Of a stretch of DNA of 64,000 bases, positions 41,377 to 50,610 are shown piece after piece. The DNA lies in IMG/VR virus record IMGVR_UViG_3300032241_002679, positions 1 through 64,000 of that record. One strand, 5' to 3'. Source of the stretch: a virus. A model generated the notes under the pieces. The model saw only the letters and a list, made by a program, of their open reading frames with translations, was not told the DNA's origin and did no database searches. Every line of letters starts with the position of its first letter. Within the stretch, counting starts at the first letter, position 1. The position numbers and the translations under genes are program-made.

Positions 41377-43759
41377 TCTCACCCCAGTTCGTCAAAAAAT
41401 TAAGCTATTAGTGGTAGCTAGTGACAGAACTGGGGTGAGCTGACTAAGCTTTTTTAGATCAACAAAACCACATATTCATTTAGAAAAAAATTATCCTGAT
41501 GAATTTCAAATTGATATAGATTATGAACCACATTTGGATAATGATGAATGGTTAAAACAATATGATATTATTCACTATCACAGAACACTGGGTCCGTATG
41601 AACAAATGGAAAGTTTAATTAAAAGATTAGATAATTTAGGTATTGTTAGTATTATGGATTTGGATGATTATTGGTCACCTGGCCCTCATCACCCAGCTTA
41701 TCTCTTAATAAAGAACACTGGTTTAGACAAAATGATATTAAACAATATTAAACTTGCAAAAAATGTAACTACTACTACAAAAATTTTTGCTGAAGAAATT
41801 GCTAAACATAATAAAAATGTATTTGTATTGCCAAATGCAATTGATCCAACCGAAAAACAATTTACATATAATCCAGAAAAAAATGACCGAATTAGAATTG
41901 GTTGGTTAGGTGGTAGTTGTATGACACCAGATACAGAAATATTGACAAATGAAGGGTGGAAACGATTTGATAAGCTAAATCAAACCGAAGAAGTAGCGAC
42001 ACTAAACCCAGAAACAAATGAAATTGAATACAATAAACCAACTGGCTATATTTGTGAACCATTTGATGGACAATTAAATTGTGCTAAAAACGAGTTAGTT
42101 GAGTACGAAGTAACACCAAACCATAACATGTATGTATCAGAAGCTAAAAATCTAACACATAAAAAATTAGATTTACGGTTGATACAATCCGAAAAAATAC
42201 ATGGCAAAAATTTTCATGTTAAGATAGATGGTATTTGGAAAGGCGAAGAAATGAAATACTTTGTTTTACCAAAATTAAATTTTGAGACTGAGCAAGAAGA
42301 ATCATATATTGATTCTTTAATAGCTAAGAAATATAAACCAACTAATTATTTAGTTGATAAATATGGTTCGGATCTACATTTAGATATGGATAAATGGTTA
42401 AAGTTTTTTGGTTTTTGGATGGCTGAAGGGTGGACTAGTAAATCAAGAGGTTTATATCAAGTTGGTGTTGCACAAACTAAGGATAATAATTATTTATCTG
42501 AAATGTTTGATACTTTAACAGAATTAGGGTTTAACCCAAAATACACCAAAGATAAAAAACAACTTAGAGTTTTTGATAAACAACTATGGGATTATTTATC
42601 TTATTTTGGCCAAGCGTTTGAAAAATTTATACCCAACGATATTTTATCATTATCTAGTCGTCAATTGGAAATATTTTTAGAGTGGTTCATAAAAGGTGAC
42701 GGAACGGTAGAATCTAATAAATACCAAAGAAAAAGAGCCTTTACTAGTTCTAAAAAATTAGCGGATAATTTACAAGAATTAGCGTTAAAAATTGGTATAA
42801 CAGCCACTATAACAAATAGGGGAAAAAGAACATCCAGTATTAAAGGAAGACCGATTATAAATCAATACGATAGTCTTCAAATTAATTTTGGAAAAAAACC
42901 AAGTATTAGTAAACACAATAAATCAACACCATTAGTAAAATCTTCAGAACAATATAATAGATATTATAAAGGTAATGTATATTGTGTTGAGGTTCAGAAT
43001 CATATTATTTATGTTAGAAGAAACGGTAAAGCAATGTGGGTTGGTAATAGTCACCTTAAAGATCTAGAAGTTTTAAAAGGCGTAGCTGGTAGAGTAGCTA
43101 GTGAAGGATTATTGGATAAAATACAATTTGTTGTATGTGGTTTTGACCTAAGAGGAACCATGACAATAATTGATGAAAAGACAGGAGAACAAAAACAAAG
43201 ACCAATTCTACCACGTGAAAGTGTATGGTTTGAGTATGAGAAAATATTCACTGATGATTATAATATAGTTAGTCCTGAATATAAAGAATTTTTATTGAAA
43301 TTTAAAAATGAGGAGTATCCAAATTTAATGAATGAACCGTATAGAAGAGTATGGACAAAACCAATAAGTACATATGCCACTAATTACAATTTGTTTGATA
43401 TATCATTAGCACCAATTGAAGAAAACATATTTAATAGAGTTAAAAGTCAGCTTAAAGTTATTGAATCTGGATTTCATAAAAAAGCATTAATAGCACAGGA
43501 ATATGGTCCTTATCAAATAGATATTAAGAATGCGTATCAATTTGGTGGTGGTTGGGATGAAAATGGAAATGGAATTTTAATAAATAGCAATAAAAACCAT
43601 AAAGATTGGTCTAAATTTATTATTAAACTAATTAAACAGCCAGAATTAATTAAACAATTGGGCGAAAATTTATATAATACGGTAAAAAATACATATTCAT
43701 TAGATAAGGTTACTGAAGACCGAAGAAATTTATATCATAAACTAATAGGCAATAAATAA
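41357..43759 (+). CDS. GT-B (GT4-like) glycosyltransferase with an intein; the true 5' end lies upstream of an in-frame TGA (41441-41443)
   Basis: MTQNMINLTPVRQKIKLLVVASDRTGVS*LSFFRSTKPH is in frame with the tracked ORF at 41534; DLDDYW, VLPNAID, GWLGGS|SHLKD, DISLAP..FN..KSQLKVIE motifs. Confidence 0.8.
41378..41450 (+). other. Candidate ribosomal hop/bypass element: 17-bp stem-loop plus AGC-TGA-CTA-AGC
   Basis: ctcaccccagttcgtca (41378-41394) pairs with tgac(a)gaactggggtgag (41422-41439); matched Ser codons 41438-40 and 41447-49 flank the stop. Confidence 0.55.
41918..43048 (+). mobile_element. Intein (377 aa) with LAGLIDADG/DOD endonuclease, inside the glycosyltransferase
   Basis: C1 CMTPDT; block B TPNH; FFGFWMAEG and FLEWFIKGDG; VYCVEV...WVGN followed by +1 Ser. 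Confidence 0.9.
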
Positions 43760-43771
43760 TTTATTTTTTAG

Positions 43772-43802
43772 TTGCAGATTCAGGATTTTTTATGTAAGTT
43801 TG
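43772..43802 (+). promoter_or_regulatory. Bacteroidota-type promoter TTG-N20-TAAGTTTG
   Basis: -33 TTG at 43772 and -7 TAnnTTTG at 43795-43802, 14 nt before ATG 43817. Confidence 0.6.
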
Positions 43803-43816
43803 TTAAAAAATATATT

Positions 43817-44398
43817 ATGTCCTTAAAATCTGAACAAATAGTTAAAAATACTAAGAAGTATTTTCAAACAGCTACTGATAATGGGTTTATGAATGAAGAT
43901 CTCATCAAATTTTTGGGTGAGGACTTTATTAAAGCACCCGCATCTACAATGAAAAATCTTCATAATGCTTTTGAAGGTGGTTTAGTTGATTACTTGTTAA
44001 ACGTAACAAAATTTGCTATTAATTTTAACAATTCATTACCCGAAGAAATGAGGGTTGATCAAAAATCTCTTATTAAAGTATGTTTTTTACATCAAATAGG
44101 AAAGGCTAAAATGTATAAGCCTTGTACATCAGAATGGCATATTGAAAAACAGGGTAAGATGTATGAATTTAATGAAAATTCTGTGTCAATGCGTGTCAGC
44201 GAACGTTCAATTTATTATGCGACTCAGCATGGTATACAATTTACTGATGAAGAATATTCAGCGATTTTAAACTTTGATAAAGTTGATGATAAAATGGCCG
44301 AATACCACAATACAATGCTTGGGGATTTATTAAAAACAGCTTCATTATTCACAATTAAACATTTAAAACAAAAATATAATGAAAACCAATCTAGATAA
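43817..44398 (+). CDS. HD-superfamily (YhaM-like) protein with degenerate metal motifs
   Basis: APAS...HNAFEGGLVDY, LHQIGK (HD changed to HQ). Confidence 0.6.
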   Translation: MSLKSEQIVKNTKKYFQTATDNGFMNEDLIKFLGEDFIKAPASTMKNLHNAFEGGLVDYLLNVTKFAINFNNSLPEEMRVDQKSLIKVCFLHQIGKAKMYKPCTSEWHIEKQGKMYEFNENSVSMRVSERSIYYATQHGIQFTDEEYSAILNFDKVDDKMAEYHNTMLGDLLKTASLFTIKHLKQKYNENQSR

Positions 44399-44948
44399 AA
44401 TGAGGGAAAAGATTTTTAAATTAATTGATTCTAATAGTAATTATAGTATTGAAGATTTTAATGCTGAATTTGCCCAAGTTAATCATGTTGAAAATTATAA
44501 AATTGCTTTAAATTTTGAGAATAAATCAAATAATCCAAATCCAGAGTATGCAACTGCTGGTTCTTCTGGATTTGATTTAAGAGCAAATCTTGAAAAAGAT
44601 GTCTGGATAGGTAAGGGTAAAAGAGAAATTATACCAACAGGATTATATTTTGAAATACCTGAAAATTTTGAAATACAAATACGTCCTAGAAGTGGTTTAG
44701 CTGCAAAAAATGGTATAACAGTACTAAACACGCCTGGGACAATTGATGCTGATTACAGGGGTGAAATAAAAATAATCCTTATTAATCATGGTGAAATACC
44801 ATTTTGTGTTAAACATGGTGATAGAATTGCACAAGCTGTGTTTGCATCTGTCATTGGCGAGAATGTTGTTAATTTGTCACAAGTAGATAAAATTTCAGAT
44901 AATACACAGCGTTCGTCTGGCGGCTTTGGTAGTACAGGTTTACATTAA
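44379..44948 (+). CDS. dut: Trimeric dUTPase
   Basis: GFDL, RPRSGLA, GTIDADYRGE, GDRIAQ, RSSGGFGSTG. Confidence 0.95.
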   Translation: MKTNLDKMREKIFKLIDSNSNYSIEDFNAEFAQVNHVENYKIALNFENKSNNPNPEYATAGSSGFDLRANLEKDVWIGKGKREIIPTGLYFEIPENFEIQIRPRSGLAAKNGITVLNTPGTIDADYRGEIKIILINHGEIPFCVKHGDRIAQAVFASVIGENVVNLSQVDKISDNTQRSSGGFGSTGLH

Positions 44949-44961
44949 TTTAAATTAATTT

Positions 44962-45729
44962 ATGAAATTAGATTTTAACGATTTATTAATTGTTCCACAA
45001 AAAATCACTTCAATAACCTCTAGATCAATGGTTAATCCATTTGCTAAAGATTATCTTCCATTAATGACTGCTCCAATGGATACTGTTATTGATAATAATA
45101 ATAGTGATGTATTTTTTAAAAACAAAATTAGAGTTTGTTTTCCCAGAGGAATTTATGCTGAAAGAGGGTTTAAGTCTTTTTCTATCTCAGAAATGGCTGA
45201 ATTAGTTCAACAAAATAATATAAAGCCTGATAACAGTTACTTAATTGATATAGCAAATGGTCATATGAAAAATGTTTTAGAATTGGTTAAAACAATAAAA
45301 GAAAAATATCCTAATTTAAAGTTAATGGTCGGCAACATTGCTAATCCTGAAACATTTGCTTTATTATCTGATGCTGGTGCTAATTATATTAGAGTTGGTA
45401 TAGGCAATGGCGGAGGATGCATTTTAGAAAATTCTATTGTTTCAACTAAGTCGGGGGATAAACCAATTCAAAATGTCGAAATAGGCGATTATGTTTTAAC
45501 CCACACTGGTGAATATAAAGAAGTAATTAGCACAATTGCATATCCCAGTCGTGAAGAACTTATAAAAATTAACAACACGATATCAACTAAAACACACGAA
45601 TTTTATGTATTAAATAAGATTTATAAAGATTTAGTTGACGATGATAATATTCATAATTATGCTGAATGGATTAAAGCCGAAAATCTAACTAACGAATTTT
45701 TTTTATTGGAATATGATGAGAATGATTAA
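44962..45729 (+). CDS. IMPDH/GMP-reductase family N-extein fused to a split N-intein (45418-45726, 103 aa)
   Basis: LDFNDLLIVP, TAPMDTV, IDIANGH, RVGIGNGGG|CILENS; block B TKTHEF; acidic end EYDEND. Confidence 0.9.
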   Translation: MKLDFNDLLIVPQKITSITSRSMVNPFAKDYLPLMTAPMDTVIDNNNSDVFFKNKIRVCFPRGIYAERGFKSFSISEMAELVQQNNIKPDNSYLIDIANGHMKNVLELVKTIKEKYPNLKLMVGNIANPETFALLSDAGANYIRVGIGNGGGCILENSIVSTKSGDKPIQNVEIGDYVLTHTGEYKEVISTIAYPSREELIKINNTISTKTHEFYVLNKIYKDLVDDDNIHNYAEWIKAENLTNEFFLLEYDEND

Positions 45730-45753
45730 CCTTTTAATAGGTTCGACATATTT

Positions 45754-46800
45754 ATGATAAAACCCATTATGTTGAAGAAACTTTTTAATAAAAAAAATAT
45801 TTGTCTAGAATGCCAGGAATTTTTTAATAAAGATACCGACAATAAAAATTTTTTATCTTTTACTAGTCATTTAAAAACACACCATGGTATGTCTAATGAG
45901 GAATATTATCGTAAATATTATCTAAAAAATAGTGAGGGTCTTTGCGCTTGCGGATGCGGTAATAAAACCACATTTCATAAAGGTAAATATTTAAAGTATT
46001 TTTCTGACCATAAAAATTATATTACTCAGACAGATTTAACACTCTTAAAAATTAAAAAATCTAAAGAAAAATATAATAAAATTTCTAGTTTATTAAAAAA
46101 AACAGGTATAACATTTGATGAATTAAAAAAAACATATGATGAATTTATTAATTTAGAAAAACCAATTAGTGTTTTATCGAAAGATTTATCAATTGATTTT
46201 AGAACATTAAAGGATTATTGGTTAAAAGTTGGTTTAATTGAAAATAAAGAAATTTTTAAACGGACATGCTTAAAATCTCAAACTAAATGGCTAAATAAAC
46301 CATTGGTTCCAAATGATAATATTGTTGAAAATTTACGGTCTAAATTATTTTTAATTAAAGAACTTTTAAATAGGTCGGATAAAGTAACTTTTAACCAAAT
46401 AATTACTGTTATAGATTTAAAACTTAATAAAAATTATCTTGGTTGGTTTCTAAAGGAAAATCTGACATCTACAGAGTTAAAAAAGGTTAAATTCATTAAA
46501 CACAGTCAAATTGAAATTGATTTTCTTAATTTATTAAAATTTTATTTCGATAAATCGGTTTTAGGTTCTTTTGAGCTTGATGGTAAAATTTTTGATTACA
46601 AATTGGGTAAAAATATTTTAATTGAATTAGATGGCGAATATTGGCATTCATCCGATGAAACTAAAATCAATGATAAATTAAAAAATGAAATAGCTAAGTC
46701 TAATGGATTTACTCTAATTAGAGTTAATGATAAACATGTTAAATCATTAGATTTTTTAAATAATTTAAAAAATATATATGAAAAAATTAAAAAAATATAA
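45754..46800 (+). mobile_element. Free-standing Vsr/DUF559-like endonuclease between the split-intein halves
   Basis: CLEC...HLKTHH, CACGCG, FDYKLGKNILIELDGEYWHS; start may be ATG 45769. Confidence 0.8.
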
Positions 46801-47449
46801 ATTAAAAGAAATTGAAACTATTGAGTTTATAAATACTGAGTCATATAATATGTTACATGATATAACAGTTGATAAAAATCATTCCTATCAAGTTAACAAT
46901 AATATTGTTCATAATTGCCTCACAACTCAAAATACGGGTGTTGGATATCCAATGGCATCCCTAATTAAAGAATGTTATGAGGTATCACTGTCATTAAAGA
47001 ATCCAGCTTATATTGTTGCTGATGGTGGAATGCAGACATATAGTGATGTTATAAAAGCTTTAGCATTAGGCGCTGATTATGTAATGCTTGGTAGCATTTT
47101 TAATAAAGCACTTGAATCTGCTGGTTCTAATTATTTATGGAAAAAAATAAGAGTTCCACAAATAATTGCTAATAAAGCTTATAAATTCGGTGTTCCTGTT
47201 TATAAGAAGTTTCGTGGAATGAGTACTAAAGAAGTTCAAAAGAAATGGGGTTCTAAGAATATTAAAACTAGCGAAGGTGTAATACGATATAGAAAAGTGG
47301 AGTACACTCTTGGTCAATGGTGTGAAAATTTTGAACATTATTTACGCTCAGCTATGAGCTATACAAATGCTAAAAATTTAAAAGAATTTATTGGCCAAGT
47401 AGAATTGATTGAGATAACAAATAATGCGTATAAAAGATTTAATAAATGA
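46778..47449 (+). CDS. Split C-intein (46778-46915, 46 aa) fused to the IMPDH/GMP-reductase C-extein
   Basis: MKKLKKYKLK...LHDITVDKNHSYQVNNNIVHN|CLTTQNTGVG; ADGG, KALALGADYVMLG, FRGMS, SEG, LRSAMSY. Confidence 0.9.
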   Translation: MKKLKKYKLKEIETIEFINTESYNMLHDITVDKNHSYQVNNNIVHNCLTTQNTGVGYPMASLIKECYEVSLSLKNPAYIVADGGMQTYSDVIKALALGADYVMLGSIFNKALESAGSNYLWKKIRVPQIIANKAYKFGVPVYKKFRGMSTKEVQKKWGSKNIKTSEGVIRYRKVEYTLGQWCENFEHYLRSAMSYTNAKNLKEFIGQVELIEITNNAYKRFNK

Positions 47450-49092
47450 TAACAGTAGTATATTGTACTAGAGAGACAAAACCAAAACATAAAGAGCATA
47501 TAATTAAGACATCTGGTCTTGGTAAAGATATTGAAATTATTGAAATAATAAATCATGGAGAGGGATTAACGAAACCATATAATCGTGGTTTATCTCAGGC
47601 CAAGAATGATATTATTGTTTTTATGCATGATGATGTTGAGATTGAAACAACTAGTTGGGGTAAAAAATTATTAAAAACTTTTGAAAAAAATTCGGATTAT
47701 GGTATTATAGGTGTTGCTGGTACGAAAAATATGCCTAGTAGCGGTCGTTGGTGGGATGATAGGAATAAAATGTATGGTAGGGTAAAACATACGAGCCAAG
47801 GTAAAACTTGGCTTTCGGCTTATTCAGAAGACATAGCAAATGATGTTGAAGATGTAATAATTGTGGACGGTTTATTTTTTTGTGTTAATAGAAAAAAAAT
47901 TAAAAATAATTTTGATGAAGAATTTACTGGGTTTCATTTTTATGATATTAGCTTTTGTTTTCAAAATTTTTTAAATGGTTGTAAGTTAGGTATAATAACT
48001 AATATAAGGGTCAATCATATGTCTATTGGTATGACAAATGATGAATGGGAAGATAACAGACAATTATTTATAAAAAAATATTCCGATAAGTTACCAATAA
48101 CAATTAAAAGAACAAACTTTAAACATAAAAAATTAAAAATATTAATTGGTTGTTTAAGTTTTTCAAATTTTACTGGTTCTGAATTACATGTTTTTGAATT
48201 AGCAAAGGCTCTTACTAAAAATAATTGTGATGTAACCATCTGTTCTACGTTAGGTAATCCTCTTGTGAGTCTTGCTAAACAGTACAGCATTAAAGTCTGT
48301 GATATGAAAGAACCGCCTAATTTTAAATTAGGTGATGGTAAATGGCAATTAAACACTCCTGAAGGACTTGTAACATCAAAAGAAAATACCTTATATAAAA
48401 TATCCGATGAAAGATTTGATATAATACATTCTAACCACAAACCAATCACCGAATTTTTATTAAAAATATATCCAGATATTCCATTTATTTCAACAATACA
48501 TTCTGAAGTAATTGCATTAGAACAACCAGTTATTTCTGATAATATAAAAAAATATATTGCAATTAGACCTGAAATTAAAGAATATTTAATTACAAATTTT
48601 AATATATCACCAGATAAAATTGATGTTATTTACAATCCAATAGATATAAATAAATTTAAAATAATCAATAATACAATTAAAAGGTCTAAAAAAATTTGTT
48701 TATTTGTTGGTACAATAGATTATTTACGTAAAAATACAATACAGGATTTAATTAATACTACACGAGATAATAATGAAGAACTTTGGATTGTTGGTAAAAA
48801 AAATGATACATATTTAGAGAATATGATACAGAATGAATCACATGTTAAATATTTTGAACCAACATATAATATTGAAAAGTATGTACAACAATGTGATTAT
48901 ACGGCAGGTATTTTATTAGGCCGCACAACAATTGAGGGATGGTTATGTGGAAAAAAGGGTTGGATCTATAATGTCGATGAGTTTGGTAATATTAAATCAA
49001 AAACATTACATGATGTACCTGAGGATGTCAAAAAGTTTGGTTCTGATTCTGTTGCTAGTGATATAATTGAAATTTATAAAAGTTTATTATAA
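47446..49092 (+). CDS. Bifunctional glycosyltransferase (GT2-like plus GT-B-like)
   Basis: VFMHDDV, FHFYD; second domain FTGSELHV...GRTTIEGW. Confidence 0.75.
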   Translation: MITVVYCTRETKPKHKEHIIKTSGLGKDIEIIEIINHGEGLTKPYNRGLSQAKNDIIVFMHDDVEIETTSWGKKLLKTFEKNSDYGIIGVAGTKNMPSSGRWWDDRNKMYGRVKHTSQGKTWLSAYSEDIANDVEDVIIVDGLFFCVNRKKIKNNFDEEFTGFHFYDISFCFQNFLNGCKLGIITNIRVNHMSIGMTNDEWEDNRQLFIKKYSDKLPITIKRTNFKHKKLKILIGCLSFSNFTGSELHVFELAKALTKNNCDVTICSTLGNPLVSLAKQYSIKVCDMKEPPNFKLGDGKWQLNTPEGLVTSKENTLYKISDERFDIIHSNHKPITEFLLKIYPDIPFISTIHSEVIALEQPVISDNIKKYIAIRPEIKEYLITNFNISPDKIDVIYNPIDINKFKIINNTIKRSKKICLFVGTIDYLRKNTIQDLINTTRDNNEELWIVGKKNDTYLENMIQNESHVKYFEPTYNIEKYVQQCDYTAGILLGRTTIEGWLCGKKGWIYNVDEFGNIKSKTLHDVPEDVKKFGSDSVASDIIEIYKSLL

Positions 49093-49093
49093 T

Positions 49094-49993
49094 ATGGGGA
49101 TATTAAAAGATTGGTTTAAAAATAAAGTAGCGTCATTAGGTATATCATTATCAAATGTCGAAAAAAATTTATTGAGTCAGGATAAAAAGAGTCTTGAGGA
49201 TGATACTAAACAAGTACAGAGACATTTACAAGGAACTTTACTCGATTCTTTATTACATGGTGAATTGACACAAGAAGTAAAAAATTTGAGATGGAGGACG
49301 TATAAGATATATAAAGAAATGTCCAAATACAAACCTACATTTAGTTATTTAAATGATGACGATGATAATCCACCTGAAATGATTAATATAGAAACTGTAG
49401 ATAAAAAAAAATATATTAAAAATATAAAGGTTGATGATTATGATAATTATGATTTAGAATTATCATTTAATAATATTCGCAGTACTCTTAATCTTACTGA
49501 TGCCATTGAAACTGAAATAACCTTAAAAGATTATGACGCAAAAATAAAGGGAGATGTTTCGTTAAAAATAAATAGGAATTTTATTCCAAAATTTTATATT
49601 GAAAATTTTACAAAAAAATTAAATATAAGAACTATTGATGACAAAAATAAACTTTTAGAATTCTACGTATCAAAATATTCTGATATGTATAATCCTCAAA
49701 CAAATGTTTTTATTAATCAAATTAAAAAGATTATAAATAATGGCCCCTCTAATCATAATTTTTTGGAGTTTGATGAGGTTGGTTTTATGACAAATAATAC
49801 AATTGGAGCTGATGATTTTTTATTATATACATATGATAACATTTTTTTTGATAAAATAGTTGAATTTGATGGTTATTATGTTATCAAATTTAAAGCTAAA
49901 GTTTTAATTAATGGTGAGGATTTATTAAAAGATTTTGTACAAGAAGAATTGGAAAAAAAATATGATAACAAAGAAACAAAAAAAGTGAAATGA
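49094..49993 (+). CDS. Hypothetical protein
   Basis: ATG 49094 (MGILKDWFK) right after the upstream stop; ATGA overlap with the next gene. Confidence 0.65.
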   Translation: MGILKDWFKNKVASLGISLSNVEKNLLSQDKKSLEDDTKQVQRHLQGTLLDSLLHGELTQEVKNLRWRTYKIYKEMSKYKPTFSYLNDDDDNPPEMINIETVDKKKYIKNIKVDDYDNYDLELSFNNIRSTLNLTDAIETEITLKDYDAKIKGDVSLKINRNFIPKFYIENFTKKLNIRTIDDKNKLLEFYVSKYSDMYNPQTNVFINQIKKIINNGPSNHNFLEFDEVGFMTNNTIGADDFLLYTYDNIFFDKIVEFDGYYVIKFKAKVLINGEDLLKDFVQEELEKKYDNKETKKVK

Positions 49994-50610
49994 GTTTTAA
50001 CAAATATTTTGATAAATTATATTGTATAAATTTGGATAAAAGACCTGATAGATGGTTAGAGGCGAAGAATGAATTTAATAAATTTAAAATTGAGAATGTT
50101 GAGCGTTTTAGTGGTGTTGATGGCAATGAGTTAAAACAGAATTTAAAAATTCTTAATGGTGAAGCTGGTATCTTATTAACACATATTAATTTAATTAAAA
50201 AATGTTTGGATGATAAAGTTTCAAATGTTTTAATATTTGAAGATGATGTCATTTTTACAAATGAAATTAATTATTTAGATGACTATATGAATAAATTACC
50301 TAAAGATTGGGATATGATTTATTTTGGTGGTAATCATATATATGGGCCTAAGCCTATAAAAATAAATGATAAAATATTAAAAATTGATAGTACAGTTGCT
50401 TTACATTGTGTCGGAATAAAAAATACTGTTTTTGAACAAATATTACAACTTTTACCAAAGATGGCAAAACAAGTTGACGCATATTATACTATTATACAAA
50501 AGAGTTTTAATGCTTATTGCGTAACACCAAATATTGCAATACAAAGAAGGGGTTTTAGTGATATCCAAAATAAGATTGTTGATTATAGAAATTTTTTTAT
50601 TAATGAATGA
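49990..50610 (+). CDS. Glycosyltransferase family 25
   Basis: YCINLDKRPDR, VLIFEDD, WDMIYFG. Confidence 0.85.
   Translation: MSFNKYFDKLYCINLDKRPDRWLEAKNEFNKFKIENVERFSGVDGNELKQNLKILNGEAGILLTHINLIKKCLDDKVSNVLIFEDDVIFTNEINYLDDYMNKLPKDWDMIYFGGNHIYGPKPIKINDKILKIDSTVALHCVGIKNTVFEQILQLLPKMAKQVDAYYTIIQKSFNAYCVTPNIAIQRRGFSDIQNKIVDYRNFFINE

Noticed and set aside
14080-41443. Genome-wide TGA reassignment explaining the two in-frame TGAs
   Set aside because: TGA is a normal terminator here (genes ending at 14169, 47449, 49993, 50610, 53557, 54866, 62047, mostly ATGA overlaps) and long ORFs are intact under code 11
41438-41450. Self-splicing intron at the glycosyltransferase stop
   Set aside because: Only 9 extra nt and no group I/II core visible nearby; RNA-level removal is not excluded without RT-PCR
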